Positions 39,101 to 52,700 of a DNA stretch of 64,000 nt are shown one piece after another. The translations under genes and the position numbers were made by a program. Source of the DNA: Vicugna vicugna (taxonomy: Eukaryota); the NCBI GenBank assembly GCA_013265495.1, contig MU058153.1, positions 436,001 to 500,000 of the forward strand. Reading direction: 5' to 3'. The notes under the pieces were generated by a model. The model searched no databases. It was not told the origin of the DNA and saw only the letters and a program-made list of their open reading frames with translations. The first letter of the stretch is position 1. Every line of letters begins with the position of its first letter.

Positions 39101-39859
39101 ACCAGCCAAGGCCTGGAGTGAAGTGAGGACAAATACATCCATTATCCAGTGAGAGGTAAACTTCACCCCAAGAAGAATGTCAAGAGAAAAAGGAATACAA
39201 AGAATACACAATTAAAACAAGATATTCTGTATTACATAAAAGCTCCAACTCCTAGCATCATAGCTAGTTTGCTAGATTCGAGTACGTATATTTTTCCCTC
39301 TGAGGAGAAATAAAATCAGATACCTTGGACTCTAGTAGTTAGAGACACTATTTTTTAAAGAAGTAATTTTGTCTACTTCAAAGCTTAATTACTCCCTGCA
39401 GCCAGTGTGTCTCTTTGTTCTCAGATGTGTATTCTCATTGAAGAAGTTGAATTTACAATAGACTCCTGAAATATTTCAATACTAGCTTCTTCCAAATGTT
39501 TCCTCCCAAAGAAATTTTTTTTTTAATCTTAGAAGTTAGAAACACCTTTTTAAATGTAGAAATTTGTCCTCAGAGCTGCTGAAACTTTTCTTAGAGTGAG
39601 CCATTACCTTTATACCCCCTTTCTTTCTTATAGGAAGAAGCTGGTGGAGTACATTAGCAATTGGAAGTCGAAGGAAGTAGAGGAAATTCAGAATATACAT
39701 GAGTATGTGCCTATTTCCTGATCTGCTCAGTGAGGGGTGCTTTCTGGCTGAATCTGATGATAAAGTAAGGGCGAATTTCTAGTTTCATTAGAGGCATGCG
39801 TATGCAGAGTCCTTGGGGGAGGGCGTGGCCATCATTAGCAGTGTACCCAGATGTTTCTG

Positions 39860-40205
39860 GCGCTCTGTTTTCTATGAACATGGTAGAATTGTGTTTTTTC
39901 CATCCCTTTAAAATTAGATGAGGAAATACAACTTGTTTTAATAAATAGAATATGGGTAGAAGTCATATGTGTCACCTCTTGGCAGAAACTTTTGAAGACT
40001 GTGGTATCTGCAATATTTTCTTGCCCATTCAAAATGGTTGTGAAATCACTTGCCACGGTGAAGTTTTGTGAGCTGAGACCCTGAGTTACTACCATGAGTT
40101 GTGCCCTTTTGCCGACCTGCAAAGTACACACTGACTGAGCAAGTTGTTTGGTTGTTTGGTAGGGTTTTGTTGTTACCAAAACATAACCTCCTTTATTCTG
40201 ATGAC
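39860..40205 (+). mobile_element. MLT1 (old MaLR) LTR
   Basis: agaatatgggtagaagtcatatgtgtcacctct...tttgttgttaccaaaacataacct. Confidence 0.6.
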
Positions 40206-40261
40206 AACAGGTAGGGATTTGAAAACTCTTCTCCTTACAGTGCCAAGACTGAGTGGTAATG

Positions 40262-40460
40262 TCACCTGTGGACTTTGGGTGATAATGATGTGTTAATGTA
40301 GGTTCAGTGATTGTAACAAATGTACCATCTGGTGGGGATGTTGATAATGGAGGAGGCTATGCACTTGTCAGGGTAGGGAGTATACGGGAAATCTCTAAAC
40401 CTCCCCCTCAATTTTGCTGTCATCTGGAAAATGGTCTAGAAGACTAAATCTTAAAAAAAA
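40262..40460 (+). mobile_element. LINE-1 3' UTR fragment (L1MC-like)
   Basis: ggactttgggtgataatgatgtg...tgtaacaaatgtaccatctggtggggatgttgataatgg. Confidence 0.75.
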
Positions 40461-40689
40461 TGTTTTCTTCAGTATCTAGCATCATCATGTTAAGGTGATG
40501 AAGTTTTGAAAGCAGTCCCTATAGGGCAAAGCACTAGCTCTGAGCATCTACCTACTATCAACAATAAACCATATTAGTTATCTTTCGGGTCAGTCTCTCA
40601 GGACTCTCCACATCACATACCAGAGACACAGTGTGTAAAAGAGTAAGCGACAAACTAGCTAATGAGTCCTTTTTGTCACGGGATCAGCC

Positions 40690-41105
40690 TTGTTCCTGAC
40701 GAAGGTCTTGACACTTGCACTCTCTCTCTCTGCGTGGAATGTACTCCCCCCAGATCGCTGCGTGGCTGGCTCTTCATCATTCATGTATCAGTGCCCATGT
40801 CACTCCTTGAGACAGATTTGTTGACTACACTACCTACTATCATCCTCTATCCTGTCACTGTCTACCATATAAACTCTTTCAGTTTCTTTACAGCTCTTCA
40901 ACCACCTAGGGTATTTCTTTTCTTTTCTTTTCTTTTTTTTTGGTGTGGTGTGGTTATTGGTGACTATAATATGTTGCCAGTAGAATGAAGGCTCCCTAAT
41001 TGCAAAGATGCAGTCTCTCTGATTCATTACTGTGTTCCCAGCTCAAAGAACAGGGACGGGTATCAAATAGGTTGTCATATAATTTTTTTTTTGTTTGAAT
41101 GGGTA
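40690..41105 (+). mobile_element. LINE-2 3' fragment
   Basis: tagaatgaaggctcc...gtctctctgattcattactgtgttcccagc...tttgtttgaatg. Confidence 0.6.
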
Positions 41106-41158
41106 GAAACCTCCAGCCAAACCAGATTAAGAGGGAATAGATTTGCCCTCACTTTTTT

Positions 41159-41207
41159 AAAAAATATTTTTTATTAATTTATAATCATTTTACAATGTTG
41201 TGTCAAA
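41159..41207 (-). mobile_element. ~50-bp LINE-1 3'-terminal micro-insertion with TSD
   Basis: Reverse strand tttgacacaacattgtaaaatgattataaattaataaaaaa resembles the L1 end at ~12748-12790; flanked by ttgccctcact at 41143-41153 and 41208-41218. Confidence 0.85.
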
Positions 41208-41799
41208 TTGCCCTCACTCTTTAAACAAGTACAAATGAACAAAATATTTAAAAGAATAGTTTCATTGGACCACAGTCATCACTGGATAGTAAACCCTGAG
41301 GGCAGGGACATAAATGAGGTAAGTCCTACCAGTCCCCCAGTAAACTCCGAGGAGAGGGTTTCTAGACCATATAATAGGAAGAGAAGCCCAAGTGGGGCCC
41401 AGAAGTTGTCCTGAGTTGAAGAAGAAGGGATGAACCCATCTAGAGTCCACAGGGCAGTGCATGGGTAGGAATGTGCTGCAGAGTGAGAAAGCTCTGAAGG
41501 TCTGCAGAAGGTCCTTACCGGTTTTTAGCTCAGGACTCATCAGAGGACGTGGGTGAGGAAACGACAATACCAGGGAAAGAATCACTTAAAAGAGCAGGGA
41601 GAACAATCCCCAAGGCTCACACAAGGCCAGGAACACTTTATGTTCCTGCCAGTCAGAGCGGGAAAAAGCCGTAACAGATGGGGTGTCAGGTGGAGCGTGC
41701 AGAAGGGCATCATCGCCTTCGTAGTGGGGAGAAGTTATCCTCAGACTAAAGGCTCTTCTGATTCTGCCTAAGAAAGCTTAAAAGTAAGGAACCAAAAAG

Positions 41800-44520
41800 C
41801 TCAAACATTTCCCAAATATCTGTGTTCCAAAACAGGTGTCATGAATAGCTAAAAACATATCCAGTGGGATAACAAAATTCCTGACATAAAATCAAAATTA
41901 TTAGGCATGCACAGAAGCAGTAATCCACAACATACAGCGAGAGGGGAAAAAACAATCAATTGAAACCAATCTAGAAAGAATGCAGATGAAAGACATAGTA
42001 GACAGGATATTAAAATACATATTTTAATTATATTTTATATTTTCAAGAAAGTTGATAAAACATAGGCATGTTAAGGAGACTAAGGAGAATATAAAAGAAG
42101 ATCCAAAATGAACTTTTATAGATGGAAACTATAGAATCTGAAGTAACAGAATACACAACATTGGATTAATAGAATATTTGATGCTACAGAAGCAGATCAG
42201 TGTTCAGTCATCCCTCAGTATCCACAGGGAATTGGTTCCAGGAGCCCCCACAGATACAAAATCCATGGACACTCAAGTCCCTTATATAAAACGAAGTCAT
42301 AATATAAATACAGTTGGCCCTCTGTATTTAAGGATTTCTTATCTGCATATTCAGCCAACCACAGAATCTGTGGAATCCGTGGTTGGTTTTATCTGTGGGT
42401 GCAAAACTCATGGATATTGAGGGCTGACTGTACTTAAGGAGTTAGTAATAGAAATGATCTAAATGAAACAGAAAAAAACCTGAAAGACAAAAGGAAATCA
42501 GTGGAGATGTGGGACAATGTTAAAGTGGCAGGCTGAGTAACAGACATGTAAATTGAGGTCACCAACATAGAGGGGACAGGAGCAGAAAAAACATGAAGAA
42601 ATGAGAAAATTTTTCCAATTTTGATGGAAGTAATAAATTCAGGATTCAAGAAGCCCAGTGAAACCTAAGCAGTTAGAAATCAGAAAGAGGGAAGAAAACA
42701 AACAAAAAAACCCCGAAAACAATCTCAGCGTAGCCAGAGTAAGAAGAACCATTATGTGGAGAAGATAAGAAGACAGTGGGTCAAATCCTTTTTTTAGATA
42801 TACAAAAGCTGAAAAACTTCACCACCAGCACCTCCCAAATATGTTAAAGGAAGTCCTTCCAGCAGGAGGAAAATGATGCCAGATGGAAGTCTGTAACTAT
42901 GCATATGAATGAAGAGCACTGGGAATGATAATTATATGTAGGTAAATATAAATATCTTTCTTATTTTGAAGTCCTGTTAAAAGATCATTTGACTCTTTTA
43001 AAATGACAGTATCAATTTATTGTTGAGTTTATAACAAATGTGGAAGCAAAATGTATGACAATAACAGCACAAAGCCCAGGAGAGGGGAAATTAATGTATA
43101 ATGTATATTTATGGTGTACATGAAGTGGGAGAATATGACCTGATGACAGGCTGTGATCATTTAAGGTATGTACTGTAAATCCTAGAGCAAGTGCGCCCCA
43201 AAAGAAAGAAAGACAATGAAGCAAAGAAGTATAGAAAATAAAGCAACAAATGAGCCAAATTGGAATTATTTTTTAAAAAATAAATGGAAATAGCAGAATA
43301 AACATGTAGAGCAGAAATGGCAAGATGGTAGATTTTAATCAGTCTTTATTCATAGTCCCAATAAATTTAAATGGTTCAACCATCTTTGAATTAAAAGTCA
43401 GATATTGTCAGATTGGGAAAAAAATAAAAAAGCAAGACATAACTATATCTTGCCTGGAAAAAAACCTGAATTAAATAAAAAGATACAAATAAGGGTGCAG
43501 AAAGAGGTACACTGCTAATCCTAATCCAAAGAAAGCTGAAGTGGCTGTGTTAATGCCACATAAATTAGATTTTATTAAAAAAATATTACCAGGGACAAAG
43601 GGGCCATTTCATAACTATGAAGGATTAATTTATCAGAGGGCATATTAAATCCTCAATACCTATGACCTAGTAACAGAGTTTCAAAATGCACAGAATAAAA
43701 ACATAAAATTGATAAATAAATCCACAATTACAGTGAATATTTGAAATAATAGAGTAAGTAGATGGAAACTGTCTATACGCGCATAGACAGACTGAACGGC
43801 GTTGTCACACAAATTGTTCCTAATGGACGTTCACAAAACATCCCACCCAACAGCTCGAGGACAGGCATGATTTCTAAGAGCACACATACTGTTCACCAGA
43901 TTAGGCCATAAAACAAGTCTATAAATGTAACACAATTTAAATCAAAGAAATAGTATTTTCTGATCTCAAAATGGAATTAATTAACATTAGAAATCAATAA
44001 CAGAAAGATATCTGGAAAATCCCCAAATGATTGTAAACAAAGTAACACATATAAATAAACCACAGGTTAAAGAAGCCAAAAGCAAAATTAAAAACTTTTT
44101 AACAGAATGAAAAAGAAACCGCACATATCAGAATTTGTGAAATACAGCCTAAGAAGATTTTAGAGGCCAATTTATTGCAGTAAATGCCTGCATTAGAAAA
44201 GAATGATCTCAAATCAATGGCCTATGCTTCTATTTTAAGAAAGTAGAAGGAGTCAATGGAATCCAAAAAAAAAAAAAATTAAAAAAAGAATAATAAAGAT
44301 AAGAGCAGAAATCAGTGAAATAAAAAAATACAGATAAAATCAACTGTGAACAAAAAGTTGGCTTTTTGAGAGGATCAATAAAATTGGTAGACCTCTAGCC
44401 GGACTGATTAAAAAAAAAAGAGTGAATGCACAAATTTTCAATATCAGGAATGAGAGAGGGGATAATCACTGTAGATCATACAGATATTAAAAGGATAATA
44501 AAGAATTATTATGAATTAGT
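41800..44520 (+). mobile_element. Old, heavily decayed LINE-1 (ORF1 region and ORF2 endonuclease portion)
   Basis: A-rich tract with L1 hallmarks: aaatgttaaaggaagtcctt, aaagaaagctgaagtggct, attagaaatcaataacagaaagatatctggaaaatcccc, gatcaataaaattggtagacctctagcc. Confidence 0.8.
42205..42430. mobile_element. MER2-like TcMar-Tigger MITE nested in the old L1
   Basis: Terminal inverted repeats cagtcatccctcagtatcc / ggatattgagggctgactg followed by TA. Confidence 0.8.
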
Positions 44521-44749
44521 GAATAACTAATAAAGTGACAATCTAATTGCACCACACTAAAAGCAATCTATACACAGGCTATCGTTAGTTTGTTTAAGGC
44601 TGAAGTTGAAAGGAGGAGCCAGGGTCACTTATAAGTCCCTGAGTTGTTACGTCTAGCATATTTTCATCAGTAATAACAGCAAAAAAATTATCTACTAGCT
44701 GAAGTTTGGAGGGAGCTGTGTTAGGCTCATTCTAGGGGACAAAAAAAAA

Positions 44750-44791
44750 CAGCAAGAGTTCCTTTGAACCCAGCAAGAGTTCCTTTGAACC
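44750..44791. repeat. Perfect 21-bp tandem duplication
   Basis: cagcaagagttcctttgaacc x2. Confidence 0.95.
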
Positions 44792-47700
44792 TCTGAAGCA
44801 AAAAGTGCTAAGTGATACAGGGTCAAATAAGTACTCTTTGGACTGATGAGAGGGAGTAATTGTAAAGGTCCCGGCAGACCTCTGGGGGAAATTGATCCAA
44901 ATAGTGCAACATTTATGCTAGATGTATCTAAGCTTGTAATTTCTAGATATAAATAGAAAGGCTAAATAATTTGAGAAACATAGTGATGTCCAACACTTAA
45001 TAACTGCTTAAAATGTTTTAAATAAATGATCCAAGCTAACATCAAGACATAATTAATAAAAATGTCAAGAGATGGAATAATAGAGTCCAATCAATAAAGA
45101 ATGTAATCTTTTAGGCTAATAAACTAATTCAGAACACTTGGATTGCAAGCAAACCAAGTTTACAGTAAGCCAAGGAGGGACCAAATCCTAAATCAAGTTC
45201 CTCTTCTAATGCTGATATCATAGCATATGATGTGTGGAGCAAACAAAAACAGGATGACAGGCTGTAAGTAGACTGTGTTGAAAAGGAACACAGACATTGA
45301 AATTTTCACGTAAGAATTTCAAGAGGAATTTGCTCTTGGTAATTCGGGTGAGATCCTTTCCATCTCAGTATTGACTCCCAAGAAATAAAACATATCCATA
45401 TTAGAGTCTTAAATTTATCTCTGGTTCATGGTAGCTGTTAACTCACTGTTTCAGACCAACTCTGGACGTTTAGAATTTTCCAATAACATGGATTTAGGTG
45501 CATTTCTTCCCCCTTAATCCAAGCATGCTGTTCAGAAGTCCCAGATTACCTGGGCACTTTTTTAAAAGTTGAAGTTTATTAACGTCTTTTAGGAGAGAAG
45601 TCTTTTCTGGCAGTGTAAAGGGAAGTGCTCACAGGTGCCCTGCTCTCCTGGAATTCACGTATACCACGTGTCAGTTCTCTGCAACACACCACCAGGCAGG
45701 TTAGAACTAGGGACTGTTGCTGATACTCAGCTCCCTCAGAATGAGGGAGGAGATACTAATTTTAAACAAAAGTCAGATTTCAACGAAAGTATTTTCAATC
45801 TTAGTACAAAACTTATCCAACCTACTATAGCTTCTTCGGCCACTGGATGAAAAGCAACAGGCGCAGTGGTGAGCTGTTTACTTTTATGTCTCCCTGTTTT
45901 TTTCCTTCTAACACATTTCTGCGAGACCCCCAGATGGAACGCATCTGTAACTGATGCCCTGTGGTAGCTGGCGGAGGTTACTGAAAGGGCGTGACAGCCA
46001 GTTGACCCTGGCAGTTGGAGACTCCTTCCCCCTCCCACGTTCTAGGAATGTTCGTTCTGCCCGCGGTCCCGTGGCCAGAACCATTTTGACGACGCAGCCC
46101 AAAGAATCAGGTGGTATTGAGACCTCTGGACTGAATTCGTGACGGAACCCACTTAACTCGGTCTCTGTACCGAGTTTTAAGATTCTGACCAGTATGAAAA
46201 TCTACTCTTGCAGCCACCCTGGCCAAGCCTCCTAAATAAGTAAGTTTCTGTGTTTATTAAAATCACCACGGGGAATGACCTGCTTTTCCTTAGCTCTCTC
46301 CTTGCCCTCCGTGTTCTGGGACCAGTTTCAGGTTTCGCCTGGGAACTCCTAAGTTTTTGAACCAACAGTGGTCACGTTCTTGGTATTCCTTTTCCTTGAC
46401 AATGTTTTTTATTGATGATGTAACCAGTGTTTGATGAAATTCAATTACCTGACACCTATTTTAAAATGATAATCTGAGCTGCATTAATAATCTGCTGAAA
46501 TCTGTCATAGAATTGCTGCTTTAAGGACTGCCCTCATTTCCTGGGGTCATTTTTGGCATTGTTAATCATTTATGTTTTAGTGTGAGGTGGTCTGGTTGGC
46601 TTCAAAGCAAGTCTTGATGGGGAAGCAGTAAACTGCCGTCAGATTTTTCCTTCTAAATATTCGGTTTAATTCAAGCTGATCTCAGACAATGAATCAAGGA
46701 AGTGATTTCTCTGTTTTAATAAGTTCTGGAGCACATAGATAATCGCATGAATGTATCTATGTATATAATAAATTGTTAAAAAGTCATCCAATATTACTCA
46801 ACTATAGGTTTACAAAAACAATGTGGAAACAGCGATTTGTAAAAATTAATTTAAAAACAAATCTGTCAACATCAGAAGGATTGATTAAATGATTCTACCT
46901 GTTTTACCTGGTAACCCACAGAGACAGAGCTAACAGTAAGAAGCTAATATCTACTTTATTTATGACAGACGTAATACTTACAGATCACTTATTAAATGTC
47001 AGAAAACATTCAAAGCACACAATAAACAGTGATTCATTCCAGTCCTCCCAATAATCCTGCTAGGTATGTATTAATGTCCTGACTGCAAGTGAAAGGAGAG
47101 AAAAAGGGAGAGAGAAGCTTGCAGAGACCTAAGTACCTGGTATAAGGCAGAACTAAATGTGAGCCCAGGTCTGTCTGGATTTCAGTGCCTAAGGTTTTAA
47201 CATTATCTTTTACTGGCATTTGGGCCAATTAGGGCTGGGATATGGTGGGTACTAATTAACTGCAGTAGATTAAAAAAAGGCTAAGATGATATGCTAAGTT
47301 TTTAAAACCTTTCACATAAGTATAAGTAGAATTAATGAAGACCAAACAAAATTCTTTATATATTTTGTCTGTGTGCCACTGTTTATTAATGATGTTCAAT
47401 TCCCAAACATGAATCATTCCTTTAAACTGAAATTTTTACAGATATAATCAAGATGAAACAGAATTATTGCTTTAAAATGGAAACTTTAAAGATTTATGTA
47501 TGCATTTTATTTACCCAATTTACTTCCTCGCATTTATCTGTTTTGTGATTTAAGTCTAGCAGTAGTTGTTACAAACTAGAAGATATTTAAATGCTGTATT
47601 TTATAGACTAAAAATTATAACTTCTAGAAATGATGTTAGATGCAAATCTAATATTCGTTAGTGGCATAGTGTTTTTTCCTAATTTCTTAGATCATCTACT

Positions 47701-48559
47701 GGGGTTATGTAGTATAGTGATTTGAGAGGGACATTTGAAAAAAAAAAGGACAAGTTGTCCTCTAAGTTCTGATTTGCACCTTTAAATTTTATAAAAACTT
47801 AGTATCACAGATTAATTTTATAAACTTTATTAACATGTGTTTACTAAATTAGATTTAAATGTTTGCAGTTGGTAGAATTCTTTTACCTGTATCTGCTTTT
47901 ATGACATCTGCTGGCAATACCTGGTATTACAGTGCCCCATAATTCACACTTCTCTGCCTTCTACAACTGCCCAATACTTCTTCAGATAATACTAATTTAA
48001 TTCACCTTAAGGAACTCAGTGAGTATCCTTGACTAAAAAAGAGGTATTATAATATGAGACCCAATAAAAGAAGAGGAAAAGTAAGCCTTCCAGAGGCTGA
48101 GAAATTATTCACTTAGTATATTGTGCATATAGTTTCTTTCATGGCTTAGTAATAACAAAGATATAAGACTTTTTTCCCCTGAAAATTCCAAACTCATTCC
48201 TTGTAAGAGTGTTATATATGTCAATACTTACTGTTGACAGTTGTCAACCAACTGTCCCTTCTGACATAATGCCACTCAGACATTCTCTACAATTTGATAG
48301 TTATTTGATAAAAACTGTGCATTGAAGGAAAACTGTGAAAGGATAAGAGTCTAAATTCATATTAAAAATGAATGAACTGTACCCAGGTCCCTGCATACAC
48401 TGGGTACACGTGTACAAACCAGAATGCATGAACAAACTTTTTATATTGCCAGGAATCCATTTATCCACAGTCCCATCAGTCAAATTCAGATACTTGTTGC
48501 CAGCTCCAAGATTTATAGTTTGGAGCTGGTTTTTGAAATTGCTTTGTATTTCCATTTAA

Positions 48560-49480
48560 CAGCCAGGGCAGCAGCATGTTAAAATTTTGCCTTGGTCTCC
48601 TTGGAGCTTATTTATAAAGCTAATTTGTCTCCGTGGACATTTTTTTTTTCTCTCTCTCATTCAAATGCCAGCTCTAGGCTTCTAAACCATTACCTTCCTC
48701 CCACCCACCCCCTGCCTTTTTTTTTTTTTAATCACAAACAAAATACTGTCATAGACAATGCCATTGCAGGACAGTGATGATTCCTTTGATATAGTCCTCC
48801 CAGGCAAGATACAAACCATCTCGCCTTCTGGCCAGAGATGGATTCACTGCCCTCCTTGCAGACACGCAGCACACACACAGAGCACTGGGAAGTGCACATT
48901 TACTATACTGCATGCCGGCTGCCTTGAAGAAACTGTAGCTAACCACCTTATTAGTATTCTTGCCTCCACCGTGTCTCACTTGCAGCATCAGAGGGCTGAG
49001 CAAAATGCAGTAGAGCAGGGACAGACACAGCTCTGGCAATCATATCAATGCAGGCTGCCGAATGTTGGGGGTGGGGGATGCAGCACATCAAGATTAATAA
49101 CCTTGCCGAAATCCGGGGCACCCTGCGAGCAGACACCTCTGCTGACTGACCCGCGCCTGGCTTGATGAATCCGCCTGGGGGAAGGGGGCTCCGGAATCTA
49201 CCTGGTCCTGGGGGCTCCCCTTGATTTTGGATGCTCCTTTTATCCGACACCGATCTGCGAAGGGAACAGTGAGCCGTACCATCTGCAGCACACGGCGGCC
49301 GTTGGAGGTTACTACTGACAGTTTCATCACACGGGTTTGTGTGAGTGTGTGCGTGTTTGTGCGTGTTTGGGAGAGCGGGTGCCTGCTTTGGCGTGAAAGA
49401 GAACGCGTGAGTGCCGGCCAGTGTGCGTGTTTGTGTGACAAGCGAACCAGGTATATCGTCCTGTAGATTTCAACAGCGTG
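48560..49480 (+). promoter_or_regulatory. CpG-enriched, repeat-free promoter/TSS region
   Basis: CpG and GC density rise sharply at ~49040-49640 relative to the rest of the window; GT/GCGT-rich tract; lies directly upstream of a consensus splice donor. Confidence 0.7.
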
Positions 49481-49782
49481 AAAATATTCTCTGGGTACTT
49501 GGGCTCCCAGTCCGAAGCCCCCCAGCTCTCACCGCCTCCTTCCTTCCCGGCTTCCCCCCCCCTTCTTCTTTTTGCCTTTGATGAGTTTTTGGCTTACTTT
49601 CTGGCGGAGACTCTTGGCCACGTTTTTGCTGGGGCTGGAAGATCAAATCAATGGAACCTTTGAAAACTGATTATTTTTCTCCTGTGTGACTTTAAAAAAA
49701 GAAGAAAAGAAAATAGAGTAGTGCCAGATAAGCTAGAGGATTTTAAATTTTCCGTGGTGAACTTTGAGGATCCAAACAGAAG
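49250..49782 (+). other. Probable non-coding first exon (5' UTR) of an unidentified gene; start approximate
   Basis: Ends at a perfect donor AAG|GTAAGT (intron from 49783); the ATGs I saw in it start only short ORFs that stop before the donor. Confidence 0.6.
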
Positions 49783-52700
49783 GTAAGTCACGGGACTTCC
49801 TAGGTCCTGGTCCTTGCTTGCCTGTAATGTTTGTGTTTTCCTGTTTGTTTTCGGAAATGCATTTGCAGTTTAGAAGCGCAGTTTTGGAGATTGTCATGCT
49901 CAGAAGAACTCAATGTGTGGCATTTGGGGGCTATTTTCATACCAAGGGGATTATTTCCTTTTGTATAACCATCCCCCCTCACCCTTCCTTCCATTTTTAT
50001 ACCTTTTATTTCTCTAATATTTTCACAGTCGATTTTGCATTTATGGAATCTGGAAAAAATTAATTCCAGGCTTCTCCCTCCTTGAAATACTCTTTAAGTT
50101 TGAGGGCAAAAAAAATCAGAAAAGCTACTGGCAGAGGCTCTGAGTTAGAGGCAAAAGTGCGTCTGCTCAGAGACCAAGGGTGGGGGTTGGGGGTACAATC
50201 CAGACTTTTATGATAACTTAATAGTAGACTTTTTTTTTTCCATAGCACTTATAATTTTTCTTGAATACTTAAATATGCTCTGGAGAGTAGTGAATGTTTG
50301 GAATACAGAAAAGCTGTTTCAAGAGCTCTTAATTGGCACAAATGAGAACAAAGTGAAAATTGTTCAGTGTTTTGAACCTCTCTTTTTTGCACTGATTCTC
50401 TTGCCATTGAATCTCATTAACCTTTCTGGATGCAGCATCCCCTGATTAAGACTAGTGCTTCTCATTTTGGAACACCCCTTTACCCTACATGGTCTCTGGA
50501 GAAGGGACTGTGGCTGCAAATTGCTCTTAATTGTCCACTCTTGGCTGTAAAAGCAAGCAGGCGGCATCAGGAATTCAGGTGACTTTAGTCAAACATCTTG
50601 CCTAACTCAGTCCCTTTAGTGTTTCCCAGTGGTTAGCCATGCTCTTTCTTTCTTTTTGTTTTTTGTTTTCTTTTTCCTTTCCTTTTCCTTCCAAGTGAAG
50701 CATAGATAGTATTTTACCTGTTTCCATTCTGAGGTCATTTAATTAAAGCCAAATACCATTTCATTGTGATAGCATCTGTGTTCCTGTATCTGAGAGTATT
50801 TTTATCTCTGCATTGGCATCACTTAGCTTCTCCCAAGAAGTGAGAATCACTGGTAAATATATTTCTAAAATGCTGAGACCCCAAGTGGAAGCAAAAGAGC
50901 TTTCATCAAAGAATATGGATGGTTTATTCTAAAAGGAATAGTGGTATTTTATGGACTATTAGCCAACTCAAACTCTTACTGTGAACATATTCATGAGAGA
51001 GATGACAGGTGTGTTAACTAGGCAGAGTGGGGCATACATAAGGGTTTCTCATGATGTCTGTGTATGGAGAGAGAGAGATGGTGCAAATTGTAACAGATTT
51101 ATTCAGAGACAGTTGACTGAGTCAGAGATTTATGACAGCATCCAAGTTGAGATATCAGAGATCATATTCAAAACATTAGATTAGAAATTAGAAATAATAT
51201 TATTCTCTAAAATGAGATTTTTGAAAATCCTTAACTAAAAAGGAGAAAAAAAATCTTAAAGATGAGATTCAACTCTGGTATTGCCATGAGCAATCCCTAC
51301 CATCTATTTGATATTTCTGCATAATGGTATTAGTGAAACAGTTAAAGGAGGGCAGATGTTAAAAGATCCCTCCTCTCTTCTGTCCGGTAACTGATACTTA
51401 CTACACACCGTCCTCTTGGTGAAAAACAAAAAAAACCAACCCTGTGGGTAAACTCTTTGCTGTCAGTATAATTTACGATGTGTCTTTCTTGTCAGCTCTT
51501 TCTGTTCAGGATATTTTCATCTGTTACGCATAGTAGTTCCAGTTACATTTCCCTTATCAGGAGAGGGACTTTTTATCATTTTTAAATGAAGTAGGAGAAC
51601 CCCCCCCCCAATTTTCATTTTCTTTGTGGAGAAAACAACCTGGGACTCATGAACCCTGACGGTGAATGTGATCGATAAACAAGAAACACAAAGTTCACTG
51701 TTCCAGGGAGAGAGCAGAGCCCTGACGCTCCAGGTGCCAGTGGGTTCTGTCAGGGGACTGAAGGTTGCCCAGACTCTGCCTGGGCCGTTCTTCAGGTTGG
51801 TCAGCTCCTTATTAGCCTGTACTCTTGATGACCAGGGCCGGGTACAGAGGCCAGTGTTTACATCCCCTGTTCTGTGTTAGGGCTGTTCTGCTGAGGAGAA
51901 GCCCTCTGAAAATGCTGTTCTGGAAGTTGGCGAAGTCGTGCCTCTCTTCCTTGAGGGTATCTCACTGACTGCTCCTCCTCCCATTCACAGTCTCACCCAG
52001 CGTGGGTATATTTAGACTTGTGATGTTGGTAAAAATTAATTGCATAGATTATTCTCAACACCATCTTTAAAAAACTAATAAGGGTAACATCTTGGCTTTT
52101 GTGTATTTGAGATTTAATCATTGTAATGAGTGAATCTTCTAGCCATAGCAACACTTTCATTATCACTTATTTCAGGCTAATAATAGAAGTGGGGTCCACG
52201 CCAACTCAGGATTTTCTGATTACAGCTCATGCAACGCACAGAGCAGCTCCCTGGGACCTCCAGGGTTCCTCGTGGTGCCTAGGCAGATGTGACTTGGTAT
52301 CTTTATTATCAGCTCAGGTCGGAAGGAGCACGGATAAACAGCTTCCAGCCAGAACTGGCTCCAGATCCATGGCTTTCTTTTGTCTTCTCTGGCTTTGTTT
52401 TGTGATAGAGGGTGTTTCACAGTTTCATAGGGTTGGTTTGTTGGCTGAGTGAGTTCAGAACAGAAAGGAGAAGGAAGAGAGTTTTCCATCTCAGTAGAAG
52501 TAACATGTCAGAGTTGCCAAAGAAAAGGCTGAAGTTCCCTCAAGGAAATAGATGCAGGGTTATATTTTCAAAAGAATAAATTGGTAGAGGGTTGCCTTAG
52601 TTTGTTTGGGGAGGATAAAGGAAATCCCACTTACTTCTCTGTTTAGTTCCAGTCAATTGGCTGGCTTTCCTGTGGGTCTTTGCTCTAGTGAGCCGACCAG

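Noticed and set aside
48758..49165. 135-aa ORF and overlapping ORFs at the promoter
   Set aside because: Expected by-product of GC-rich sequence; open frames occur on both strands with no recognisable domain.
49250..49782. Assigning a gene symbol to the first exon
   Set aside because: No coding exon lies in the window and I do not recognise the UTR with confidence.
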